Of a stretch of 64,000 nt of DNA, positions 25,365-37,000 are shown piece by piece. Source of the stretch: an uncultured virus (IMG/VR IMGVR_UViG_2061766007_000596) (lineage: Duplodnaviria > Heunggongvirae > Uroviricota > Caudoviricetes); the IMG/VR virus record IMGVR_UViG_2061766007_000596, one strand, 5' to 3'. A model generated the notes under the pieces. The model was not told the DNA's origin, did not search any database, and saw nothing but the letters and a program-made list of their open reading frames with translations. The position numbers and the translations under genes are program-made. The number at the start of each line of letters is the position of its first letter. The first letter of the stretch is position 1.

Positions 25365-26317
25365 ATAGCTATGAGAGAATGATAAAGCGCGCCGGTTATG
25401 AAGGTTATGACATTTCTGATGAAAGAAACGTAAGCGGGAAGTATAAATCTTTTTTAGCAGCTCTAAAAAACGCTTACCAAGCTGAGTGGATTACCATGAA
25501 TAAGGGCAAAGATACCGAAGCCCGCTGGCGTTGCTTAATTAACCCTAGTCGTTTGACTGAACAATTTGATAAAAAAGTAATATCAATAGATTTTGATTCT
25601 GGTATGACAGAAGGAACTGTTTTTTATTGGGATAGGACTGAAAAATATTGGATAGTAGATTTACAACAACATACAGAAGAAGCCTATTTTAGAGGAACAA
25701 TCACAAGATGTGATTATGAAATAGATATTGATGGTGATAGTTATTGGATTAGTTTGACCGGTCCAACCGAAACAAGTACAGTTTGGAATCAAAAACATGG
25801 TATTGCTTGGAATGATTTGAATTATAAAATAAAAGCTGTTATTACAAAGAATAGTCAAACAGTTAATTATTTTACAAGACATGAAGTAATTAAAGTTAAA
25901 TTATCTTATCCTGATGTAGAAACAGGAGAATCAATAGAAGAATGGCATAGATGGAAAGTCGTAGCTACTGATAAATATTCTTCTGATAGTGTAATGGAAG
26001 TTTATTTAGATGAATGGTATGATAATCCTGCGGAAGATGCAATGCAACCGGTAGAGGTACTTGAACCTGATCCTATGAAGCCATATATCTCGGGTCCCGC
26101 CATCTGTCATGTTTTTGATACTGATTTATCTTATTCTATTGTTGGATTAAGCAATGGAGAGTTTGTAGTTAATTCTAATAAAGTTAAAATTAAAAATGCG
26201 ACTTCTTCATCATGTTCTATAGATATATTAACTACAAAAGCTTCTAATTTTGAAATTAATTATAAAGTTAATGGAGAAGTAAAAGCTAGTTTGAATGTAA
26301 TAATTCAATCATTTTGA
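25361..26317 (+). CDS. putative head-closure/neck protein
   Basis: Position; start reassigned to ATG 25361 after GAGGAG. Confidence 0.5.
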   Translation: MNSYERMIKRAGYEGYDISDERNVSGKYKSFLAALKNAYQAEWITMNKGKDTEARWRCLINPSRLTEQFDKKVISIDFDSGMTEGTVFYWDRTEKYWIVDLQQHTEEAYFRGTITRCDYEIDIDGDSYWISLTGPTETSTVWNQKHGIAWNDLNYKIKAVITKNSQTVNYFTRHEVIKVKLSYPDVETGESIEEWHRWKVVATDKYSSDSVMEVYLDEWYDNPAEDAMQPVEVLEPDPMKPYISGPAICHVFDTDLSYSIVGLSNGEFVVNSNKVKIKNATSSSCSIDILTTKASNFEINYKVNGEVKASLNVIIQSF

Positions 26318-26342
26318 TTTAAGGAGATAAAAGGAGGTAACT

Positions 26343-26933
26343 ATGAGAGGTTCTAGAATGAATGGATATATAGGAGAGTTTAAATCTTCTTTCCTCTCTT
26401 GTGAAAAGGATGCTGAAGCAATAGTTAAGAAATTATTTGTAGATAGTAGACCTTATAGTGATATGTTAAAAAGATTGCTTTTAATTAATACTCCTGATTG
26501 TCTTAATGATATGACCAATCCTAAATATTTGGAGATTATAAAAAATACTTCAATACAAGATTTAAAGGAAAAAGGATATTTAAGATTTGGACCTAAAATA
26601 GCTTTAGGAGAAAATGAGGAAGTGAAATCTTATATTAGAATTTCATTTGATCACTTTACTCCAAATGAACATAATCCTTATTTTAGAGATTGTATAGTTG
26701 AAATAGATATTTTTTGTCATCCAGAATATTGGGATATTGGTAATTTTAGACAAAGACCACTTAAAATTGCGGGATACATTGATGGTATTCTTAATGAGAA
26801 TAAACTATCAGGTATTGGAACATTAGATTTTGTTGGGGCTAATGAATTGCTTCTTGATGAAAATCTAGCTGGCTATTGTTTAATGTATACTGCAACTCAT
26901 GGAAATGATGATTTAATAGAGAATGAAAATTAA
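26343..26933 (+). CDS. putative tail terminator/completion protein
   Basis: Position; IVEIDIFCH...RP..IA..ID..LN pattern. Confidence 0.45.
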   Translation: MRGSRMNGYIGEFKSSFLSCEKDAEAIVKKLFVDSRPYSDMLKRLLLINTPDCLNDMTNPKYLEIIKNTSIQDLKEKGYLRFGPKIALGENEEVKSYIRISFDHFTPNEHNPYFRDCIVEIDIFCHPEYWDIGNFRQRPLKIAGYIDGILNENKLSGIGTLDFVGANELLLDENLAGYCLMYTATHGNDDLIENEN

Positions 26934-27651
26934 TAAATTACTCTTGCAAACTGGAGAGGATATACCGTTCCTTGCCGCAGGGGTAACTATCCATACTCCA
27001 ACTTTAAAAGAGATTGGATTTATTGGAGAAAAAGAATTCTTAATAGGTTGTCATTTTTTTAATTTTAATAAAAATATGTTGTCTGAAGAGGACAAAAAAG
27101 GTTTAGAGAATAAAAGTGATTTTGAAATATTTATGTCAGTAATGAATAGTCGAGAAAAAGCTATTTATAAAACTGATGCAATGATGGTCTTAGCTCTATT
27201 GTTTCCACAATATGAGATTAAGATAAATAAAGATAAGATACTTCTTCAGTCAGAAAAAAATTCGTCAAGTATTAATGAACAAAATTTTAATGATTTTAAA
27301 GAAATCATTAATCAATTATTTTGTTTAGAAGAGGCGGAAGATGAATATAATCCCGCCGATAGTCTTGCAGCTAAAATAGCAGAAAAAATTAAAAAGGGAA
27401 AAATGAAACGTAACAAAAAGGATATTGAAGATGAAGAAAATTTTTCAGTATATGAAAATTTTATTTCTATATTAGCAGTTGGTTTACAAAAAAATAAAAA
27501 TGAATTAGCTAATTATACAATATACCAAATTAGAGACGAGTTCGAAAGATTTATTAAAAAGGAAAATTATGATATTTATATCAAGGCTAAATTAGCTGGG
27601 GCACAAGATTTAGAAGAAGTTGAAAATTGGATGGAGAAAATTCATCCTTAA
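26923..27651 (+). CDS. hypothetical tail-module protein
   Basis: 242 aa, coupled. Confidence 0.55.
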   Translation: MKINKLLLQTGEDIPFLAAGVTIHTPTLKEIGFIGEKEFLIGCHFFNFNKNMLSEEDKKGLENKSDFEIFMSVMNSREKAIYKTDAMMVLALLFPQYEIKINKDKILLQSEKNSSSINEQNFNDFKEIINQLFCLEEAEDEYNPADSLAAKIAEKIKKGKMKRNKKDIEDEENFSVYENFISILAVGLQKNKNELANYTIYQIRDEFERFIKKENYDIYIKAKLAGAQDLEEVENWMEKIHP

Positions 27652-27686
27652 ATAATTTAGCTAAATATATTAAGGAGGAAAAATAT

Positions 27687-29084
27687 ATGAAGTTTGGTGT
27701 TCGTGAGATCGTTGACGTAGTATTTAAAGCTACTGCCAATGGTCAAAGAATTGGTAACAGAACTTTTAGGAAATACCAACCAGTATTTATGATTGATACT
27801 GCTACAACTTCATCTCTTGAACAAGCTACTACAACTGTATATGCTCAGGGTGGTAAAGGTTATGCTAGATTGATTGCTTGGGAAGGTGAAAAAACAATGA
27901 CCTTTACAGTAACAGATGCTCTTATGTCTCCTATGGGTCTTGCAGTTCTTACAGGCGCTGGTCTTGTAAATCCTTCCAAGGGAGAAGAAACTCACGTTCA
28001 TGTTACTGTTAATGCAGCAACAGATGGAGAAGGTGTAGCTAAAGTATCTGTAGAAGATTTAAATGAAGAATTTGGTCTTACAGCAAATGATTATGTAATT
28101 TGTGATCAGATTGATGCTTTTGCAACTGAACTTGATGGTTCTGGAGCTGGAATTACATGGTTTGATGATATTGATATTACAAATCCTCATGTAAAAGATG
28201 ACACTTATGATGGTGGTCCTGTTGTGGCAGAATTTAAGATTAATGATGATAAAGCTAAGAATACTACAGTTCAGCTTGATTTCTATGTACTTATGAATAA
28301 TAGTGTAACAGAAGTTAATATTGAACCTTCTAGTTTTGGTGGATATTTCTATGTTGAAGCTCAGACATTGTTCAGACGTGAAGATACTGGTAAGGATATG
28401 GCTGCAGAAATTATTATTCCTAAAGCTAAAGTTCAATCTGCTTTCACATTTACAATGGCTGCATCTGGAGATCCTTCGACATTTGATTTTGTTATGGATG
28501 CATTCCCTGGCTATGTAAGATTTGATGGTACAAAGAAGTACATGTGTAAGATCCAAGTAGTTGGTGATGATAAGAAAGCTGAAGGAGAAGAAGGTATTCA
28601 CATTCATGATGGTGAAGTACCTGATTCACCGTCTTTTCAGAAAACCCTTGATGTAAGCGGGAGCACCAAGGTTAGTACAGCAGACATTCCCGTAACATTC
28701 CCATATGCTACAGAGTTAGCAGAGAACCAGAATAAGGCAACTATTAAGACAACAAAAGGTAAGATTGATATTACAGTTGATGGTGGAGTTGATTCACTTA
28801 ATGTATGGACATCTACTGATGCTGGACAAGCTGCATTTGGTGATAAGCCTTGGCTTGCACTTGATATTGATACTGGAACTGATGATATTACTAAGGTTAA
28901 GTATAATGGATATCAACTTAGTGCAGATGATGTTGCAGATGCAACAGCTTGGGGTCTTGATGCAGGTCACTTTATTCTTTGGATTAAAGCTGATGATGTT
29001 AAGGCTGAGTCTAAGACATTTACTCTTAGTGTTGATGGATATGAAGATGTTGAGGTTACTATTACAGTGGCCGATGCAGCTTAA
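27687..29084 (+). CDS. major tail (tube) protein with a C-terminal accessory domain
   Basis: MKFGVRE start after AAGGAGG; YAQGGKG and FTFTMAASGDPSTFDF motifs; hairpin terminator at 29101-29133. Confidence 0.7.
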   Translation: MKFGVREIVDVVFKATANGQRIGNRTFRKYQPVFMIDTATTSSLEQATTTVYAQGGKGYARLIAWEGEKTMTFTVTDALMSPMGLAVLTGAGLVNPSKGEETHVHVTVNAATDGEGVAKVSVEDLNEEFGLTANDYVICDQIDAFATELDGSGAGITWFDDIDITNPHVKDDTYDGGPVVAEFKINDDKAKNTTVQLDFYVLMNNSVTEVNIEPSSFGGYFYVEAQTLFRREDTGKDMAAEIIIPKAKVQSAFTFTMAASGDPSTFDFVMDAFPGYVRFDGTKKYMCKIQVVGDDKKAEGEEGIHIHDGEVPDSPSFQKTLDVSGSTKVSTADIPVTFPYATELAENQNKATIKTTKGKIDITVDGGVDSLNVWTSTDAGQAAFGDKPWLALDIDTGTDDITKVKYNGYQLSADDVADATAWGLDAGHFILWIKADDVKAESKTFTLSVDGYEDVEVTITVADAA

Positions 29085-29156
29085 TTTAATTTTAAAAATA
29101 TGCGGGAGGCGGTTGGCGCCTTCCGCTTTATTTTGTTATATAGGATGGTGGTGTTT

Positions 29157-30374
29157 ATGAATGCTTATACTAAAGTTAGTATTAAATTAGATAATAAGAA
29201 TGTAAAAGGAGCTTTAAGTAACGAAGATATAAGAGATATTATAAAAAGAAGTAGTGATTATTTTTTAAAAAATGAACAAGGAAATTTTTTAAATTTATTA
29301 ACTTTAAATAGGAGATTAAAACAAATTGGGCAGGCTATACAAGATAATTATAATATATATATTTCTTCTAAAGGAGTTTTAAGTTCAAGTAAAGTTAGCA
29401 TGAGGCAGGGATATACTTTAAATGTTAAAGATGCAGAATCTTCAAAATTAGCTAACTATTTTGAAAGTAAAACTAAAAAAACTGGTATGGATAAATCTAA
29501 ATTAAATAAATTAGTTGCAGAAGGTTATTTTTTAGTAATGCGATTTAGAAAAGAATTATTGGAAGAAAATATTGATTATATGATTTATATTGGAGAAAAT
29601 AATGATCCAGGAAATGCAATTGCTTTAAGAGTACAAGAAGAAAATATTTTAAAACTTTTAACTGTAAATAGTCAAGCCTTAAGTATCAGACAATTAACAG
29701 GAAATGTTTTAAAAGAAGTAAAAGACTCTAATAAAGAAACTGGTTATGAAATAGATAATAATAAAACTATTTTTTATCAAAAATTTATTCCTTTTATTCT
29801 GGCAAAAGATTTTGAGGTAAAAATTGATAATGGAACTAGATATAGTGTTTATTGGAAATTAGTTAGGGGACAATTAAAAACTTATCAAAATTCTTTAATA
29901 AAGAAAGAGACCCTTGGAAAATCTAGAAGAAAACAACATAGAAATAGATTTACAATGGGACATATTTCAGAAGCTTTTGATATAGGATATGATTATATGC
30001 AAGCAAAAAATATTTCTTATAATTATGAATTTTTAAGAGAAAAATTTTATGAAAACTTGAATTTTGATGCTATAAAAGCAACTAAAGGAGGAGATAATGC
30101 TGTTGATTTAAAAAATCAATTATCAGTAAAAGCTTTTAGTGCTACTTTATATAATATAGCTACAGTATATGGAGATATGGTACAATTAACTGAAATGATA
30201 GATGATATTTTATTAGGAAGTCATTATGTAGAAAGAGCTAAAATGCAATTAGAAACAATGTTTTTTGAACAATCAAAATATAATAATGCTATTGAAAATG
30301 TAGGAACTAAATCTATGAATGAAATAATAGATGAAAGTTTTAAGAAAGTTGTAGATTCTGTTACAATGTCTTGA
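29157..30374 (+). CDS. hypothetical protein (very AT-rich)
   Basis: Long ORF; start reassigned to ATG 29157. Confidence 0.6.
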   Translation: MNAYTKVSIKLDNKNVKGALSNEDIRDIIKRSSDYFLKNEQGNFLNLLTLNRRLKQIGQAIQDNYNIYISSKGVLSSSKVSMRQGYTLNVKDAESSKLANYFESKTKKTGMDKSKLNKLVAEGYFLVMRFRKELLEENIDYMIYIGENNDPGNAIALRVQEENILKLLTVNSQALSIRQLTGNVLKEVKDSNKETGYEIDNNKTIFYQKFIPFILAKDFEVKIDNGTRYSVYWKLVRGQLKTYQNSLIKKETLGKSRRKQHRNRFTMGHISEAFDIGYDYMQAKNISYNYEFLREKFYENLNFDAIKATKGGDNAVDLKNQLSVKAFSATLYNIATVYGDMVQLTEMIDDILLGSHYVERAKMQLETMFFEQSKYNNAIENVGTKSMNEIIDESFKKVVDSVTMS

Positions 30375-30399
30375 CAAATTAAAAAATTTATGTTATACT
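30371..30399 (+). promoter_or_regulatory. sigma-A promoter
   Basis: TTGACA-17-TATACT. Confidence 0.7.
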
Positions 30400-30433
30400 A
30401 TAATTAGTATAAAAGGATATAAAGGAGGCTATT

Positions 30434-30976
30434 ATGGCAAATTTTAATGATATGAAAATAAACTTAAATAAAAGTTTAAAAATAATTAAAATTAATGGTA
30501 AAGATGTAAATGTAAAACAATATCTTCCAGCAGAAGAAAAAAATGCTATTTTAGAAAATGTTATTCAGCAAGCAGATCAAGGAACTATACTTAATACATT
30601 TTTACTTGATTGTATATTTGATATGTATGTAATTTTTGAATATACAGATATTAATTTTACTGATGAACAAAAAAATGATATATTAAATACTTATGATTTA
30701 TTAGAAAGTAATAATTTTATTAATATTATTATTGCAGCTATTCCAGAAGAAGAATATAAAGTATTAAGGGATAATCTTGAAGATATGGTAGAAGATTATT
30801 TAGGATACAGAAATTCAGCTAGAGCTTTACTTAAACAATTTGAGTTTTTTGCTCCAGATGCAGCAGAAAAATTGCAACAAGCAACAGAGAATATGGATAA
30901 AGAAAAATTAGATACTCTTGGAAATGTTATAAAATTAGCTAATGCTACAGGTATAGATAATGTTATTGGTCAATAA
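30434..30976 (+). CDS. putative tail assembly chaperone
   Basis: Immediately upstream of the tape measure gene. Confidence 0.5.
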   Translation: MANFNDMKINLNKSLKIIKINGKDVNVKQYLPAEEKNAILENVIQQADQGTILNTFLLDCIFDMYVIFEYTDINFTDEQKNDILNTYDLLESNNFINIIIAAIPEEEYKVLRDNLEDMVEDYLGYRNSARALLKQFEFFAPDAAEKLQQATENMDKEKLDTLGNVIKLANATGIDNVIGQ

Positions 30977-31064
30977 TAATTAATTTATAAAACCTTACTA
31001 TTAAATAATAATAGTAAGGTTTTATTTTTTTGTTTAAAAAAAGAGATAGAAGGAGGGCCGGGAT

Positions 31065-34000
31065 ATGGCTAGGAGTGGTAAAAATCGAATTGATTTTGAG
31101 TTAAATTTTCAAAAGGGCGATATGACTGCCCTTGAAAGTTTAAAAAGAGAATTAATTTCTGTAAAAAAATTGGCTTCTAGTGCTGATTTTGGATTAAATA
31201 ATGCACAAATTAATCAAGCAGTAACTGGAATTACTGCAATAGAAAGAGCATTAGATCAATCTTTTAATACTAGTTTAAATACTATAAATGTTCAAAAATT
31301 TAATCAATCTTTAGTTCAAAGTGGTTTTAATTTAAAAACTTTGCAACAAAACTTGTCTATTTTAGGAACAGAAGGTAATAAAGCTTTTTTGCGTTTAAGT
31401 GCGCAATTAATGCAATTTAATGGAGCCGTTAAACAATCTAATGGTTTTGTAGATAAATTAGCTATGTCATTTTTAAATACTGCTAAATATGTAGTTTTAA
31501 ATAGAATGATTAATTCTACAGTAGCTTCGGTACAAAAAGCTTATTATTATGTAAAAGATTTAGATAGATCATTAAATGATATTCGGATTGTAACAGGTAA
31601 AAATAGTGATGAAATGTCTCGTTTTGCAGAAGAAGCAAATAATGCAGCAAAAGCATTGGCTGTTACAACAGAAGATTATACTAAAGGTTCTCTTCTTTAT
31701 TATCAACAGGGTCTTGATGATGAAACAGTAAAAACATTAACTAATATTACTGCTATGACTTCTAATGTTACTGGTCAATCAATGGAAAATGTTTCACAAG
31801 AATTGACTGCGGTTTGGAATGGTTATCAAGTAGCCAATCAAGCTGCAAAAGAAGGCATGAATGTTTATCAAGAGTATGTTGATAAAATGGCAGCAGTTGG
31901 TGCAACGACTGCATCTAATTTACAAGAGTTAGCTTCTGCTATGAGTAAAGTGGCATCAGCCGCTTCTTCAATGGGAATAAATTTTGATGATTTAACTGCT
32001 CAAATTGCTACTATTGTTTCTGTTACAAGACAAGCTCCAGAATCAGTTGGTACTGCATTAAAAACTGTATATGCTAGATTAGGTGATTTAAAAGTTGATG
32101 GAGTTGATGAATTTGGTACTAAATTAGGTGAAGTATCTGCTCAATTAAAAGTAATGGGAATTGACATTCTTGATGTAAATGGAGATATGAGAGATATGTC
32201 ATCTGTTATGGCAGAGGTTGCTGAAAAATGGGATACTTGGACAAGTGCTCAAAAACAAGCAGCTGCAATTGCTATGGCAGGAAAAAGACAATATAATAAT
32301 TTAGTAGCTTTATTTGATAACTGGGATATGTATGGAGAAGCTCTTGAAACATCTATGAATGCTGCTGGAACTCTTGAAAAACAGCAAGAAATTGCATTAG
32401 ATTCTTTAGCTAATAAATTAGATATTTTAAAATCTACTTCAGAAGATTTATATGATAGTTTATTTGATGAAAATACTCTTAAAGGATTTGTTACAGGATT
32501 AACTAAAATTATTCAATCAATAACAACTTTTACGGATGCTGTAGGTGGATTAAATACATTATTACCTTTATTAGGGGCTACTGCATTTAGAGTATTTAAT
32601 CAACAAATTGCTCAAGGATTAGGAACTATTATTACAAATTTAAGAAATGCAAGGGCTGAAAAAGAATTATTAGTACAAAATGAAATGGCAATAAGGCAAA
32701 TGTTTTCAGATTCTTCTTTATATAATTATACTTCTAATGATGCACAAGGGCAAGCTAGAGCAGAAGGATTAAGACAATTAGTACAAACATATTCTCAATT
32801 AAGTCCTTACTTATCTTTAATGACACAAGAAGAGAAAGAACAATATGATTTTATTTTAAAACAAACAGAACAAACTGCTGTTTTAAAAAGTGAAATAGCT
32901 GGGCAAGTTGAGATTTGGGAAAATATAAATAATAAAATTCAAATTTTTGATAAAAATTTACTTACGAATTTATCTGATGTAAATAAAATTTCTCAAGGAA
33001 TAAATGAAATAAATAAAGTAGTTAGAACATTAGAAACATTAAAACTTCCTTCAATATCAGATAACCTCCATGGAATGGCAAAAGTTAATTCAGAATGGAA
33101 AAAATTAAGTAATATTTTATCAGATCCTTCTTTAGGAATAAATATTAATTTACAAAAATTGGAAGCTCGATTTAAAAAAATTAGTGCTGAAACTTCTTTA
33201 GAAAATAAAATAAAAATTATTATTCAAGAATTGAAAGATCTTGGAATTAGTACTAATGAAATTGTAAAATTAGATACTAAAATGAAACATGCAGCTTCCA
33301 CCGCCGATTCTTTAAAAAATTCATTATTAGAAGGATTAAGTACTAAACAATTAATTTCTGGAATTTCTAATACTGTAGGTGCAATTGGGCAATTAGCTAC
33401 AAGTTTGTCAATGATATCTAATATAGTTAATATAGTCTTTAATGATAATATAAGTGGAATAGATAGATTTACTCAAATTGTAATGAATTCAATTTTTAGT
33501 TTATCAATTTTGAGTTCTTCTTTCCAAAAATTAGGTTCTGCTGTTAGTACTTTTATGATAACACAAGAAGGAGTTACAGCAATTGAAGAAGCTCATGTTG
33601 CATCTCAAACTGCAGCAATAGCTCTTAATGAAGTAGATGTTGCATCTCTTGAACAATTAGAAAAAGAGATGTATGATATTATTGCAGCAGATGAACTTTA
33701 TTATTTGGATCAAGAAAAAAATAATAAAGTAAATGCAAATGCAAGTGCAATTCGTGAAATAAATAATAAATTATTACAAAAAGAAATTACAACAAAACGA
33801 GAAGCTGCATTAATGAGTCAACGAAGTATTATAAATGCTATTAAAGAGTTTATTGCTATTAAACAAGGAACAAGTGCTCTTCAAATTTATAATAAGGAAT
33901 TAACAGAAGAACAAATAAAAGAAAATGAAGCTGCTATTGCAGCCATTACACATAAAGTAGCTGTTTTAGGAGTTACTGCTGCATTAGCTGCTGCTGCTTT

Positions 34001-37000
34001 GGTTATTGGAATTGTAGTTAAAATTAGAGAAAAATATGTTGAACAAATTATAGAAGAGAATAAAAAAGAATTAGAAAATATTAAAACAAAAGAAGAAAAA
34101 ATAAAAGCAAATCAAGAACTTTTAAAATCTTATCAAGATCTTTTAGCTCAACAGAAAAAAGAAGGTAAGGTTGAAGATGAATTAATTAAAAAAGCTTTTG
34201 AAGTAGCACAAGCTTATAAATTATTAGGTAAAACTATTTTAACTACAGCTGGTTATTATCAAGAGTTAGAAAATGCAGCTAAAGCAGCGGCTTTAAAAGA
34301 ATCTGAAAATAATATTAAATTAGCAAATGAAGGAGCTAAAAATGCTGCCGAAACAATGGGATTGCAAGTTTCTGGTGGAACAAAGGCGGGATGGGTTCAT
34401 CAAGGAGTAGTAGATTATAAGGCTACGCCTACTTGGGGAGTAGCAGGTACGGCCGCTATGGGAGCTTTAAATCCTACACAAACATTTTCTGCATTGGCTA
34501 ACTTAGGAGCGGGTTATGTAGGTGGAGCTAGATGGATGTCAGGTGACACCATTAAAGAAGCTGAAAAACAGGGTTTAGGAAATGGTTTTCAATGGCGAGT
34601 AGATTATACAGATCCTAAAGCAGTTGCAGAATATGTTAAACAAGTTGATTATATGGTAGAGTATACTGAACGTATTGGAGATAGTTTTGGTCATAAGGAA
34701 TTTTTAAGACAAAAACAAGCCCTTGCAGAAACTTTACCTGAGTTAGAAGAACAATTAGATACATTTTATACAGAAACGACTAATGTTGCTTTTGGAACGA
34801 TTGATTTAGCAGCAGAAGAAACTACTGCTGATGTATATAGAAAAATTGAAGAAATTAAAGGAAATATTTTAGCTTCAGGGGAAATTCCTGCAGATGAAGT
34901 AGATAAATATATAGATAAATATTTATCTGGTATTAGTTCTATTCAAGAAGGACTTGATAAAATAGATATCGCTAAAACTTTAGGAGCAGGAAAAACCGAA
35001 GATGAAATTGCAGATATAATAGCAGATCTTAATGAATATAATACTTCTGAATTAGCTTATTTAAGCATTCATTTAAATACAGAATTATTAGATGAAGATT
35101 ATAAGACTTGGATAGATAAACATGAACCAATTATTTCTTTATTGGGTGAGCAAGGAGCTTCTAATATTTTTAAAAATACATTATCTAATTTTGATGATAA
35201 AAAGGGTTTTTCTGATGATACTATAACCAGTTTATTTACTAAAGACTCTGCTACTTCAGCATTTTTACCTTCTAAGGAAGAATTTTTGTTATCTGATATA
35301 TCTACTCAATATGATTTAGTAACTCAGGCTATGATAAAAAGTACTCAAGCAGCCGTTGAACATAAAGATAAAGTTATTGAAATGTTAGATATAGAAAAAA
35401 CTAGATTAGAAGGACTACAAGATGGGTACGATGAAGAAAAAGAATCTGCTGAGACTAATATTACAGCTTTAACTGAAGGCAATAAAAAATTAAAAGATGA
35501 TTATGAAGATATTTATCAATTAGCTGTCCATTTAGCTGAGGGAGAAGATAAAGTATCTGATAGTGACAAAGCATTACTTTCTCAAATAGAAAATTTAAAA
35601 GTGGCAAATCAAGATGAATTAAAACTTTGGGGTCAACAAATTATTAAAGCAGAAGAAAATGAAAAAGCAATACATGAACTAGAAGAAGAAAGAAAAAGAG
35701 CTAATAATTTAACAGTAGATCATAAGAAAAATATAGAAGAATTAAATAAAACTCTTAGTTTACAAAGTTCAGTTATGGATTCTATTCAGTCTGCTTATAG
35801 CACTCTTGAAAAGGCAGTTGATGATTATAATGAAAAAGGTCATTGGACTGTTGATAACATTCAAAAAATAATTGAACTTGATGATAAATATATTGCTACA
35901 TTAGATTTAACTAGTGATAAAGTTTCAATAGGAGAAGAGGCTTTTCAGAAATTAGCTATTGCTAAATTAGAAGATATGCGGGCTTCAGTAATGGATACTG
36001 CATATGAAAAATTAGAAACAATAGCATTAAAAGATACAGGAGAAACTGCTCTTCTTGCGGCTGAAGCTGTTATTCAAGCTGCTATTGCGACAGGAGAATT
36101 AACAGATGCTGCAACTAATTCACTTCCTGCATTAGAAGCATTAAATTCTAAATTAGCTGAAATATCTAATAAATTTGGAGCTAATAGTTTAGAAACAAAA
36201 GCGGCTGAAAATATTATACAAGCTGCAAAAAATGTTTCTTTAATGATTGATGATTCTATATCTGCTATTAAAGAAGGTGGAGATTCAATGAAAAACGTTC
36301 TCCACACTGGAAAAGATAATAAAAGTGGTAGCAAAAAGAAAGATAAAGATGAAAAATTATATCAAGAAGAATTTGATAGGTATCATGATTTAAAGAAAGC
36401 TATTGATGCTGTTGATAGAGCTATTAATAAATTAGATAAAGATCAAGAAAATCTATATGGCAAAGAATTAATTCGTTCACTTAAAGAAGAAAATGTACTT
36501 CTTGAACAACAGACTGAGCATTATAAACAGTTGGCGGAAGCTCAAAGGGCGGAAGCTGCTGAACTTCAAGGTATACTTGGAGGTTATGGTGTTACATTTG
36601 ATGCCACTGGAGCAATTTTAAATTATGCTGAAGCAACAGTAGCAGCATTGAAAACGTATAATGATGCTGTTGCTCAATATAATGCTGGATTATTAGATGA
36701 ATCTGCTTTTGAAATTTATGAAAAAAACTATGAAAAATTTAAAAAATATTTAGAAAGATATGATACTCTTTTCTATCAAGAAATGCAAGAAACTCAAGAA
36801 AAATTAGATGAAATTAGAAGAAAAGAATTAGCTAATAATCTTAAAGCATGGGAAGTAGAAGTTAAATTAAAACTTGATTGGCAAGAACTTAAACGTGGAT
36901 GGAATGATTTCTTAAAAGATATTTCGACTGATTTTAAGAAAGTATTTAAAGATCTTAACGTTGAAGTTAAAAATATGTTTAAAGATGCTCAAACATATAT